64,000 nt of DNA from an uncultured Clostridia bacterium (lineage in GTDB: Bacteria > Bacillota > Clostridia > Christensenellales > CAG-314): positions 57,353 through 121,352 of the forward strand of contig CANPXV010000002.1 in the NCBI GenBank assembly GCA_947586855.1, in the 5' to 3' direction. A model generated the notes under the pieces. That model was not told where the DNA came from, searched no databases, and saw only the letters and a list, made by a program, of their open reading frames with translations. The first letter of the stretch is position 1. Each line of letters begins with the position of its first letter. This document shows positions 19,276 to 28,075 of this stretch, one piece after another. A program made the translations under genes and the position numbers.

Positions 19276-19540
19276 ATGGCCCACTGCGTGGGCCGATACG
19301 GACTCACCGCCACAGCCGTGCGCTCGGCTACGCTCGTCGCTGCGCTGCTGCTGCGGTGAGGTGTGTGTTACATGTTGTGGCAGGTAGGGGGAGGCAGATC
19401 GCCTCCCCTGCGGGGGAGCCTGACCTCTGACGGCTGAGCTCGTCAAGGTCGCCGGCGAATTTATCCCTCCCGCCCAAGGGCGTGAGCATAAAGCTCGCCG
19501 CTCTCTTGACGGTCACCCGCAGATGACGTTGCCTGCCTCT

Positions 19541-19984
19541 CTACGGGGAGTTTGGCGGCGCCGGTGGTTGGGCGTTTGCCTCCGTTGACGGCACAGGCAG
19601 CGTTGTGGGCGCCGAAACGGAGCTTTGGCCGGGGATTGTGTCCAGAACGTCCTTGTCCGCCTTGGCGTCCCTCGTGCCCTTGGATAGGGCCGAAAGCTCC
19701 AACTCAAATTGCGCACGGTACTGTTGCAGCAATGCCTTGGCCTTGCGGTTCCACCAGAACAAACGACGCCGTGGGACGTAGTTGGCCACCTTGAAGGCAA
19801 GCTCGAAGTTGCTTTCCGCACAGGCAAGAGCCTGCTGTTGCAAAAATATATCCGTCGCTGCGTCAAACTGATTGAGCAGCAGCTTGCGTGCAGCAAGATA
19901 GAACTCCTCACTAAACTGCGCCTTGTTGGTTTCCAGCTCGGCAAACAGCTCATAATATTCAGATAGAAAGTCATGCAGCTCCAT
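19541..19984 (-). CDS. hypothetical alpha-helical protein (prophage)
   Basis: 147 aa, RBS GAGG, overlaps the Zot stop. Confidence 0.6.
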   Translation of the reverse strand: MELHDFLSEYYELFAELETNKAQFSEEFYLAARKLLLNQFDAATDIFLQQQALACAESNFELAFKVANYVPRRRLFWWNRKAKALLQQYRAQFELELSALSKGTRDAKADKDVLDTIPGQSSVSAPTTLPVPSTEANAQPPAPPNSP

Positions 19985-20879
19985 AAACTGTCCTCATAAT
20001 GTACTCTTGCAGCGTTTCGTCGCTGCCGGACTTTGCCCACTCCTTGCGCAGATCCTCGGCGTCCCCGGGATAGAAACCCCTGGGCGCAGACTGACGGTAG
20101 ATCTGTTTGCTTATCTCCAATTGAAGCTGCGCATCAGACTGCCGACCCTGCGCATGAGTGCCAAAGGAAAAATCCTTGGCTGTGCCCGGGAGAAATGCGT
20201 CAAAGTAACACGCCGATGTGTACGCCTCAAACACATTGCCCTCGTGGATATATTCCTCCCGGGAGTAGTTGGTCAAGCTGTCGTTATCCACGTACCGCTC
20301 CGCTGCTGCCAGGCTGTCCCAGCTTCTGAGAGAGAACCTCGACGCCAGAATGTTGCCCATGCGGTCATACTCATGTTCCAGCTTGTACACTTCCACTATG
20401 CGGCCGGCCAACTGACGGATATTGAGATCGCACAGCAGCAGCCGCTGCAAGTCCAGATAGATATCCAGACCGTAATGCCGGTGCTCCTCGTAGAACCTAC
20501 TCACCCAATCCGGCAGTGCCTTCTTGTCTTTGTTGCGGCTATTGTAATAACGTTGCACTTCGGTTAAGCCAATCACTGCGCCCGGCAACACATTTGTAAC
20601 CGGCACATAATCGTTTTCCAAACCGAGGTGGAAACCATCAACGTAAAAACTACTGCGCCACTTGTTGTAACCTACATGGGCGCTCACCGGGAAGTTGGTA
20701 TAAACCGGCGGAGTGGTCGGGAGAGTATAACCCAGGCGCTCATCCAGAGCGAGCACCCGGTCCCGACAGCTCCAAAGCAGCTCATAGGCCTCACGGCTGT
20801 TACCTAAATAACGCAGCATCTGACTGACCAGGTACGCCGTCTTGCCCGCCCCGGGCTTGCCGAATATTATAGTGATCAT
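19971..20879 (-). CDS. Zot/pI-like morphogenesis ATPase
   Basis: N-terminal GKPGAGKT; TEVQRYYNSR (DEAQ-like); HRHYGLDIYLDLQ..D.NIRQL typical of the Zot family; no TM segment seen. Confidence 0.85.
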   Translation of the reverse strand: MITIIFGKPGAGKTAYLVSQMLRYLGNSREAYELLWSCRDRVLALDERLGYTLPTTPPVYTNFPVSAHVGYNKWRSSFYVDGFHLGLENDYVPVTNVLPGAVIGLTEVQRYYNSRNKDKKALPDWVSRFYEEHRHYGLDIYLDLQRLLLCDLNIRQLAGRIVEVYKLEHEYDRMGNILASRFSLRSWDSLAAAERYVDNDSLTNYSREEYIHEGNVFEAYTSACYFDAFLPGTAKDFSFGTHAQGRQSDAQLQLEISKQIYRQSAPRGFYPGDAEDLRKEWAKSGSDETLQEYIMRTVYGAA

Positions 20880-22282
20880 CCCTTGCGCCCCTTTGCCTTA
20901 TTGACTATCCAGACAACAAGCCGTACCGGTGCAGATATTATGTACCAAAGGATCTTCACAAGCCATTTGAGACCTATCCAGATACCTTTGAACGCAACAC
21001 GCAGCACCGGGAAGAAAATGGACAAAATTCCAAACAGCAGCAATGCGCCGAGAAGAACGAGGATCCACCAATTAGATTGAAAAAACTCTTTGACGCCGTT
21101 CCAGAACTCATTCCAGCTTTTAACAAACTCCTTCCACCAAGAAAAAGGATCATCTATTTCAGGATTATTATCTTGTTCGTCACGACCCGTTTGCTTGTTG
21201 CTTACGACACCCAGGTTGTATGTCTGGCCACGTTCGGCAAACATAAGGCGCAAGATAGTCACCTCGCTAACTTTTTCATAGTCAATCATGCGGCCCATCG
21301 TCTGGTTGTGTACCTGGTAACGGCCTTCGTAAAAGCGCAGGACCCATTGGTAGTCCTCCAAATCCTCTTTGACGTCATCCTGCAAATCCTCGTTGCTCAC
21401 AAAGCTCGACACGCTCTCAATCCTATTCCAGATATGCTTTTGGCCGCCAAAGCCCCAGGTGTCGTTTGCAACGACATCGGAGTAACTTAGCGAAACAAAT
21501 TTAGTGGCCGGGTCCGAACTCGCCTTGTCTACCACTGTGCCGAACAATGTATCCTCTCTCCACCAATACTGCTGGACAAATTGGACATCGGCCTCGTACA
21601 AATCGTCTATGCGGTGATTGGTAGAAAAAGCGACATAAAAGCTATCGCAACTATCCTGCATGAAGGAAAAGCCGTTAAGATACCGAACATAACCGACACG
21701 CATTTTTTTAATGGGTATAACCTCAGTGTACTGCTCACCATATTGCACCTTGCCATCAACGGTGACGGCCATGTAGCAGCGTGCAACCTCGTAGGAGACC
21801 TCGTCCGTTTGGTTGCCGTTTGGCAGCGTAGACGTCAGCTCAGAACCGAACGGCAGACGGTAGATAGCGGATATATCATAATAGCGCAAAAGCGCAGAGC
21901 GAAGGGTAAAACCTTCCACCATGTACTTGCCCAGAGCACCGTCCAGAGCAATCAGCTGCAACTTGTAGTTGTACCAATGCCGCTCAGACTGTTCCGGTGC
22001 GTCCTGGCAAATGTTAATGCTCGATGCCGTCACGGCGTCTCCGCAGGGTTGGTAAACGTAAACAAACAGCTCGTCGCCTGCGCCCTCCGCGATCTGGATG
22101 ACGTCTATCGAGTGATCACCGCTTACAAGCGGGTATTGTCCGACATCGAAGTCCGGATCCTGTTGCAGATCCTCCAAGGGGCCGGTGTAGTCTGTGGACG
22201 CCGCAAAGGCAGCGGATGTCAATCCGCCGCCCAAACAGGTCAATAACAGCACCGTCAACATTACTATTGCAAATTTACGCAT
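20876..22282 (-). CDS. secreted, C-terminally anchored protein (pIII/spike-like)
   Basis: signal peptide MRKFAIVML..AFAA; C-terminal TM plus amphipathic basic tail; immediately upstream of Zot. Confidence 0.65.
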   Translation of the reverse strand: MRKFAIVMLTVLLLTCLGGGLTSAAFAASTDYTGPLEDLQQDPDFDVGQYPLVSGDHSIDVIQIAEGAGDELFVYVYQPCGDAVTASSINICQDAPEQSERHWYNYKLQLIALDGALGKYMVEGFTLRSALLRYYDISAIYRLPFGSELTSTLPNGNQTDEVSYEVARCYMAVTVDGKVQYGEQYTEVIPIKKMRVGYVRYLNGFSFMQDSCDSFYVAFSTNHRIDDLYEADVQFVQQYWWREDTLFGTVVDKASSDPATKFVSLSYSDVVANDTWGFGGQKHIWNRIESVSSFVSNEDLQDDVKEDLEDYQWVLRFYEGRYQVHNQTMGRMIDYEKVSEVTILRLMFAERGQTYNLGVVSNKQTGRDEQDNNPEIDDPFSWWKEFVKSWNEFWNGVKEFFQSNWWILVLLGALLLFGILSIFFPVLRVAFKGIWIGLKWLVKILWYIISAPVRLVVWIVNKAKGRKG

Positions 22283-22290
22283 AGCCCACC

Positions 22291-22857
22291 TCAAAAGACA
22301 ACATGATCGGGGACGACCTCGATGCCGGCAATGCCCCGACAGTAAAACATAAGTTCAAAGCAGTGCTTACCGTCGTGGCCCGTCACCACAAGCTTGTACA
22401 TGACTGCCTGCTGCGGGGCAAGAACTATTTGCACATCTCGCCCCGGATAGACAGCTTGCAGCATGTCCTCTAAAAACATGTCTTTGGCGTGCAGTTCGAA
22501 GCTGCTTTCGCCTTGGACAATACCAAATGCAGCGGAGACGTCTTTGCCCAGCAGCGTATCCAGATAACTGTGCGGCACACCGTCCACGTTATACACAAAG
22601 TCCTCCTCCGAGACCGGCACCACATACACGGTGTAGCCATGTTTCAGACCGAACTGCCTGACATCGAGGCGCACATCCCCCAGGCGGTACACAGCGTCCC
22701 GGTGCAGACGCTTCGAACCGGAAGAAAGGTACACGAACTCAAACGAAGTTGTGAACCAATCTGAATTGTAACCCCAGACGACCACAAAGACGGCACAAAG
22801 GATGACAAGCAAGACAATCGTGCAAATGGTAATTATTTTTTCTTCATGCTTGTCCAT
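22291..22857 (-). CDS. membrane protein with N-terminal TM (prophage)
   Basis: IITICTIVLLVILCAVFVVVW then SDWF; RBS GAGGTG. Confidence 0.65.
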   Translation of the reverse strand: MDKHEEKIITICTIVLLVILCAVFVVVWGYNSDWFTTSFEFVYLSSGSKRLHRDAVYRLGDVRLDVRQFGLKHGYTVYVVPVSEEDFVYNVDGVPHSYLDTLLGKDVSAAFGIVQGESSFELHAKDMFLEDMLQAVYPGRDVQIVLAPQQAVMYKLVVTGHDGKHCFELMFYCRGIAGIEVVPDHVVF

Positions 22858-22865
22858 AGTGCACC

Positions 22866-24032
22866 TCAGAACACCAAGTCAGTCAGACCACCGACAGATT
22901 GGACTGAAACAGTAAATATTGACTGGTCAAAACCGAGATTACTATATGTTTTAGACCAACCATCGCAAGAAATAGTTATGTTAAATTTATAATCTTTAGA
23001 AAAACAACTCCTACCCCACGTAGAGTCAACAGTCTTGCCGGAGTTAAAAGTGCACAAATGGTTAAGAATATCCAACGTAGGCTTAAAGTCTTTTAAATCA
23101 CTATAAGTTGCAGTATCCTTGAAGGATCTCACAATGTGACCACAAGAGCCTCGCTGACAAGCCTCTTGCCCCATATTGCATCTAATGGTAGCCATATAAC
23201 CATTAGCCATTGTCGGAAATTGAATAGAAAGAGAAGGGACTGCGCTATTGTCAATAGTCCCAATGGTATATGTTATTGATCCAGACGACGTTGTCGGAGG
23301 ACCAGATACATACATATTGCCAAAAGGCATACCATTTCCCTCAACAGTTCCGTCGGCTTTTAATATAAGCTTACCAGGTTGTCCGGCAATGCTAATCGTA
23401 GTTTCCACACCGGAAACTCTTTTTTTGTAGTCCACGTTGCAGGTTGCAAATTTGCTGTTGTCGTCACGAGAAGTGACCTTTATCTCAATCTGCTCGCCAA
23501 AAGCTTGCAAACATTGAACATTGGCCGTCAACGCACCGTCCTCGGTCGGTGTGACGGTAACATAGTCAGTTACAGTTTTGCCGCTTGCAAAAGCAGACGA
23601 CGGGTTCTTCCAGGCAATCGACCAATCGACCGCCTTGTTAGTGGCGTCGGAAGGGTCGATTGTTGCAGTCAACTGTTGCGCACTTTCGGCAATGGACATT
23701 ATGCCGTAGTCGCCGAACTGTTCACGAGGGATGGCAGCGCTCATGAGGCGGATGCCGTTATTGGCAGCTTGTGCAGACTGCATGCCGCCATTGTCATCCA
23801 CGACAGGCTCTACCTTTTCAACTTCACCGCCCGCTTTGGCCTCACCGCAACGGACGCAGAGGCCGTCCTCGCCGTAGTTATGACCAAAAAGACAATATTT
23901 GTTCCAGTTAGAAAACCAATCTGTCAATACGCCGGTTACTATTACCGCAATTATGAGCAGAATGGCCAGTGTTACTGCGATCCACTTGCGGTGGTCGCTG
24001 GCCGCATGGGCCCTGAATGAATAGTTACTCAT
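22866..24032 (-). CDS. membrane-anchored Ig-like (Big_2-type) protein (prophage)
   Basis: N-terminal TM then DWF; QLTATIDPSDATNKAVDWS Ig-like motif; RBS GGAGGT. Confidence 0.65.
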   Translation of the reverse strand: MSNYSFRAHAASDHRKWIAVTLAILLIIAVIVTGVLTDWFSNWNKYCLFGHNYGEDGLCVRCGEAKAGGEVEKVEPVVDDNGGMQSAQAANNGIRLMSAAIPREQFGDYGIMSIAESAQQLTATIDPSDATNKAVDWSIAWKNPSSAFASGKTVTDYVTVTPTEDGALTANVQCLQAFGEQIEIKVTSRDDNSKFATCNVDYKKRVSGVETTISIAGQPGKLILKADGTVEGNGMPFGNMYVSGPPTTSSGSITYTIGTIDNSAVPSLSIQFPTMANGYMATIRCNMGQEACQRGSCGHIVRSFKDTATYSDLKDFKPTLDILNHLCTFNSGKTVDSTWGRSCFSKDYKFNITISCDGWSKTYSNLGFDQSIFTVSVQSVGGLTDLVF

Positions 24033-24328
24033 TGTTTACCTCCATGTGATTTGTAAGCTTTTGTTTCGTCGATCACGTGCGATCGATATCCGGCACGATA
24101 TGCACGCTGCACCTCGGTAAGCTGCAACGGTTTGCCGTTTTTGTCCAACTTGACCTCGCCTTCGTTAGTCAGGCGGACGTTATGTTCCAACTCGTAAGTA
24201 GCCTTTGCAAACTTTCCGTGCGGATTGAGCAATGTCAGCTCTTTACCAGTTTCGTTGTTACGAACCCGGGTGCCGATCTGCTTGCCCCCTTTGCCTTTGA
24301 CAGGTTTCACCTTGTTCCATTTTGCCAT
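24029..24328 (-). CDS. small basic hypothetical protein (prophage)
   Basis: 99 aa, Lys/Arg-rich, RBS AGGAGGTG. Confidence 0.65.
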   Translation of the reverse strand: MAKWNKVKPVKGKGGKQIGTRVRNNETGKELTLLNPHGKFAKATYELEHNVRLTNEGEVKLDKNGKPLQLTEVQRAYRAGYRSHVIDETKAYKSHGGKQ

Positions 24329-24461
24329 TGAATAATCACCTCCTGATAGATATTTTTTACACCGCCCAACAGCACGGCGATGAATGGAAAAGGACTGTTT
24401 GGCACAATCCCTCAGAAGCCCCGCAGAAACCTATCGAGCTGCGTCTGCGGTCGCAACAATA

Positions 24462-24731
24462 TTACTTGACAATGTTTTTGACCACCACACTGTCGCCGAC
24501 TACCTCGACTTCAAGCTGCACCTGCTGCTCGTATCCCAATGTGCGGATATCCTCGGTAGTCCAAAAGGTGAGGATCTGAGGATCCAGATACATCCCTCGC
24601 TGCTTATCCGCAGTAGCAGATAAAAGCTTTTCGCCCTGGACGAACGTGTAGCAATACTTGTTAGTGTTTTTGGAGGCGGTTGCCGTTCTGCCCAAAAAGT
24701 TTGCGTTTACCAATGCTTTGATGCCTGCCAT
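24462..24731 (-). CDS. putative ssDNA-binding protein (pV-like)
   Basis: 89 aa, beta-rich pattern, first gene of the operon, RBS AAGGAG; function inferred from size and position only. Confidence 0.45.
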   Translation of the reverse strand: MAGIKALVNANFLGRTATASKNTNKYCYTFVQGEKLLSATADKQRGMYLDPQILTFWTTEDIRTLGYEQQVQLEVEVVGDSVVVKNIVK

Positions 24732-24898
24732 AGTGTTACATTTCTCCTTTGCCACCAACATTGTCGGGTGGACTTGATATATATTCCGGGTTACGCTCCC
24801 GGTGAACGTCTTAACGGGAACCCCCGATGGGGCACTCCATCGAGAGCAGATCTTCGAGGTATAAAGCTCAGTGCCGAGCCGAGGAGAAAACCCCTTGA

Positions 24899-24978
24899 TT
24901 TAGCAAAATGCTAAATCTACAAATATTATATTCAGCAAAATATTAAATGTCAAGACAAATATTCAAAGTTATGCTAAA
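24899..24978. promoter_or_regulatory. three 17-bp operator-like sites of the prophage switch
   Basis: perfect palindrome TTTAGCAAAATGCTAAA (24899), variants at 24931 and 24962. Confidence 0.7.
24925..24953 (-). promoter_or_regulatory. consensus promoter of the prophage replication/structural operon
   Basis: TTGACA-17 nt-TATAAT; the spacer is operator 2. Confidence 0.8.
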
Positions 24979-25001
24979 AATTTTACAAGAGGATAAAGAA
25001 A

Positions 25002-25319
25002 ATGATTAAAATTAAAGAATTACGGATAGAAAAAGGCTTGTATCAAAAAGATATAGCCAAATTGGTTAACAAAACAATTGCATGTATAAGCGATTGGGAA
25101 AAAGGAAATACCGAGCCAAGCATTAGCGAAATAGTTAAACTAGCAGATTTTTTTGAAGTTTCGACAGATTACTTGTTAAACCGCACAGACGACACCGGGC
25201 TGGTGGAAGTACACAGCGATCTGACACCGGACCAACAGGAGCTACTTGACTTGTACAACCGAATGAACTACCGGGACAAAAACCAATTACTCGGCTTTGC
25301 AAAGGGGCTTGTTTATTAG
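25002..25319 (+). CDS. XRE/Cro-CI family HTH repressor
   Basis: IKELRIEKGLYQKDIA..WEKGNTEPS..LADFFEVSTDYLL. Confidence 0.92.
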   Translation: MIKIKELRIEKGLYQKDIAKLVNKTIACISDWEKGNTEPSISEIVKLADFFEVSTDYLLNRTDDTGLVEVHSDLTPDQQELLDLYNRMNYRDKNQLLGFAKGLVY

Positions 25320-25355
25320 TACCCTTGTTCTACCGGGAAAAGGAGCCGGCAGAAC

Positions 25356-26543
25356 ATGAGAACAGAAAACTATCTAATAGCCCTCGAACGAATTGACGGC
25401 ATGCTGCTGCAAGTTATTGGTGCCATGAAGGCCGAAATTGTTAAGCAGCATCGGAACTCCGACGATCAGAACGGGAACCAAATGCAGATCGAAGGAGCGA
25501 AATTGACAAAAGTAGACATCAAAGGAATATCTGTTGACCACAAGATACGGAAAGACGGAAGATTTCAGGCCAGATACACATTGGAAGGAGTGCAGCACTC
25601 TGTATACGGAAAGACACCGGACGAGGCGCTGCGCAAAGCCATTGACGGCTACAAAGGAAAACGAAAAACAAAAACGCAAACGTCCACCTTTGCAGAGTGG
25701 TACAATCGCTGGATGACGCTATACAAAATAAAGAAGCTGCGACCCAACACCCTGAAAAGCTACAACTACACCACCAACAAGTATCTGAACCCAAGGCTCG
25801 GCAAGAAGAAACTAAACCAGCTTGACACTAACACGCTGCAAGAAGTACTGAACGATATAAAACGACCACGACAACAGCAGATTGCCGGGAATATTTTAGT
25901 CGCATGTATAACAAAAGCTTATACCAGCGGAGTTATAAAAACAAACCCTGCACTGGGTATTGAAAAGACGCAGCACCACTACAACGAGCGTCGAGCACTG
26001 ACAAGCGAGGAAATGCAACGGCTGCTTGACACTATACATGGGGACAAGTTCGAGCTCCTGATATACGTCTATTTATATGCCGGACTGCGCCGATCGGAAG
26101 CGTTGGCGCTGCGATGGAGCGACATAGACATGCAAAAACAGACGATAACGGTGCGACACCAGGTAAACGAACAGCGGGAGCTGACGGAAACCAAAAGTGA
26201 CAAAGGCAACAGAACATTGCCGATACTGCCCCCACTGCTCGACAAGCTGAAACAACAAGAGCAACACGGAGATTTTTTGTTTACCTGGCGTCCCTCCTTG
26301 GTAACCCACGAATTGCGAGTTCTGTTTGACAAGCTCAACATGCCGGACATAAATGTACACTGCTTACGACACACTTTCGCAACAATGCTGAAAGACATGG
26401 GCATACCGGAAGATTTACGAACAAAATGGATGGGACACAGCCGGCTGGAACACAAAGATCGCTATGAACACATCCGTGAGGAGTATGAGGCCAAACAAAC
26501 AGAACTGCTGCGACACAAATTTGACACTAAAAGTGACACATAA
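25356..26543 (+). CDS. tyrosine integrase
   Basis: arm-binding RKDGRFQARY..YGKT; catalytic GLRRSE, HCLRH, MGH, RY. Confidence 0.93.
   Translation: MRTENYLIALERIDGMLLQVIGAMKAEIVKQHRNSDDQNGNQMQIEGAKLTKVDIKGISVDHKIRKDGRFQARYTLEGVQHSVYGKTPDEALRKAIDGYKGKRKTKTQTSTFAEWYNRWMTLYKIKKLRPNTLKSYNYTTNKYLNPRLGKKKLNQLDTNTLQEVLNDIKRPRQQQIAGNILVACITKAYTSGVIKTNPALGIEKTQHHYNERRALTSEEMQRLLDTIHGDKFELLIYVYLYAGLRRSEALALRWSDIDMQKQTITVRHQVNEQRELTETKSDKGNRTLPILPPLLDKLKQQEQHGDFLFTWRPSLVTHELRVLFDKLNMPDINVHCLRHTFATMLKDMGIPEDLRTKWMGHSRLEHKDRYEHIREEYEAKQTELLRHKFDTKSDT
26510..26543 (+). repeat. integrase arm-type sites (TGACAC motif x3)
   Basis: 12-bp periodicity, overlapping the int stop codon. Confidence 0.65.
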
Positions 26544-26620
26544 TATAACCAAAATACAAGAAAAAGGGACTGTTTTGCGATAAAATAGCCCCTTTTTGTT
26601 AAAAAAACAAGCAAAATATC

Positions 26621-26678
26621 CTTGGAAAGCGTGCGAGGTTAACAGCCTCCGCAGGTTCAAATCCTGTTCTCTCCGCCA
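26621..26678 (+). repeat. right att copy (3' 58 nt of tRNA-Ser)
   Basis: identical to 17987-18044. Confidence 0.95.
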
Positions 26679-27064
26679 AAGCAGAATAATACGAACCCGA
26701 CAGATACTGTTGGGTTCGTATTGTTTTACGCAAATGATTGGTTTGGGGTTGTTGTTTCACAATAAAAAGTCATTTACGGATGTTGCGGGGTAAACTTGTA
26801 GCGTTCTTTTCATTCCTCCGTTTATTTGCCTTTCGGTGGTTGGTTGTAGCACGGCTCTCGCAGGCGTCAACGGGAGAAAAATTTGCATATAATTCGTAAA
26901 CAGTAAAGTGTCGGGCAGTAGTATGCTGTTCGGCACTTTTGTTATGCAAATTTTTCTTGGCTCATTCTTCGCCGTTGACGTCTGCAAGGAGATATGCAAG
27001 ATAGTAATACACACCGAGCTGCGCTCCTCCCGTACTTGCCGAAAGGCAAATATCTTGACGGAGG
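26671..27064 (+). repeat. cassette end, copy 1 (CTCCGCCA, hairpin, long nested palindrome)
   Basis: 26671-26836 matches 28076-28240 directly; ~26860-27051 matches ~28228-28415 in reverse complement. Confidence 0.85.
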
Positions 27065-27073
27065 AAATATAAA

Positions 27074-27385
27074 ATGACAAGAATCGATGAAAGGCAGGTA
27101 ATTACGGCGGACAATGTGAAGTGGCTCGGCGAGATGATCGCCCTTATGTCTGCCAAAAACAGTGACAAGATGTTTTGCCACAGCAAGGTAACGCAATTGT
27201 ATCGTGGGTTGATAAGCGATATATTCTACAATAATCAAAAAGAACTTTCAAAGTCAGACGAGATATTTGAAAGGACAATGCACGAAGTAGATAAAAATTA
27301 CGCTCATAAAGATGAGAATTATATTCCGACAGAGATAACTAGAAAGTCCATCGAGGGCACATTTTACAATTACGAACGAAGGTAA
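27074..27385 (+). CDS. hypothetical protein, possibly truncated or chimeric
   Basis: RBS GGAGG is part of the inverted repeat; the 3' end overlaps Mrr-homologous sequence in another frame. Confidence 0.4.
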   Translation: MTRIDERQVITADNVKWLGEMIALMSAKNSDKMFCHSKVTQLYRGLISDIFYNNQKELSKSDEIFERTMHEVDKNYAHKDENYIPTEITRKSIEGTFYNYERR

Positions 27386-28049
27386 AAATGTCGTAAATAA
27401 AAACGTAACTAATTTAAATTCAAAGTATTTGAGAAAATATGAGTCTTTTTTAGAGTTTCAAAATCTTTCACATAAGCAAGAGTCTGTCAAAGAAGATTTA
27501 ATTGAAGATAATGAAAAAGATTCACAAACTCCTTCTGAAAAGATGATAGCGTATTACGAAATAATAAAGAAAAGCGTTTGTGATGATTTGTTAAACAAAG
27601 TAATTGAACAAACACCAGATTTTTTTGAACAACTTGTTGTAGATTTAATTGTTGCGATGGGGTATGGTGGCAGTGTTGAAGATGCTGGAAGGGCAACCAA
27701 AAGAACAAATGACGAAGGAATTGATGGCTTAGTAAAAGAAGATAAATTGGGTTTAGACACAATTTATATTCAAGCAAAAAGATGGCAAAAGGGGAATATA
27801 GTTGGTAGACCAGAGATACAAAAGTTTGTCGGTGCTCTTGCAGGACAAGGAGCAAGTAAAGGTATTTTTATTACAACGTACAATTTTTCTAAAGAAGCCC
27901 TTGATTATAAGCCAAGAAATGACACATCCATAATTTTAATCGATGGACAAAAATTAGTAGAATTAATGTATGAATATGATATTGGTGTTAGTAGAGAAAA
28001 ACGCTTTGATATAAAAAGGATAGACAGCGATTATTTTGAATCTATATAA
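27339..28049 (+). pseudogene. mrr: Mrr-type restriction endonuclease lacking most of its N-terminal domain
   Basis: FFEQLVVDLIVAMGYGG, DEGIDG, IYIQAKRW, GIFITT, ILIDG motifs; frame opens after a stop at 27336 with no start codon or RBS. Confidence 0.8.
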
Positions 28050-28075
28050 TATTATATCGTTTTACATTATAGCCG

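Larger units (their letters stand above)
18045..26678. mobile_element. integrated rolling-circle, inovirus-like prophage/element (~8.6 kb)
   Basis: 58-bp att repeats, tyrosine integrase, XRE repressor, HUH Rep, nick-site hairpin, Zot/pI-like ATPase, membrane proteins. Confidence 0.88.

Noticed and set aside
19261-19516. Small ORFs in the prophage origin region as coat-protein candidates
   Set aside because: Neither has a hydrophobic TM segment or a convincing RBS; the region is better explained as origin hairpins
24771-24780. Second ACTTGATA nick-like sequence
   Set aside because: On the opposite strand to rep and not in a hairpin loop; compatible with chance
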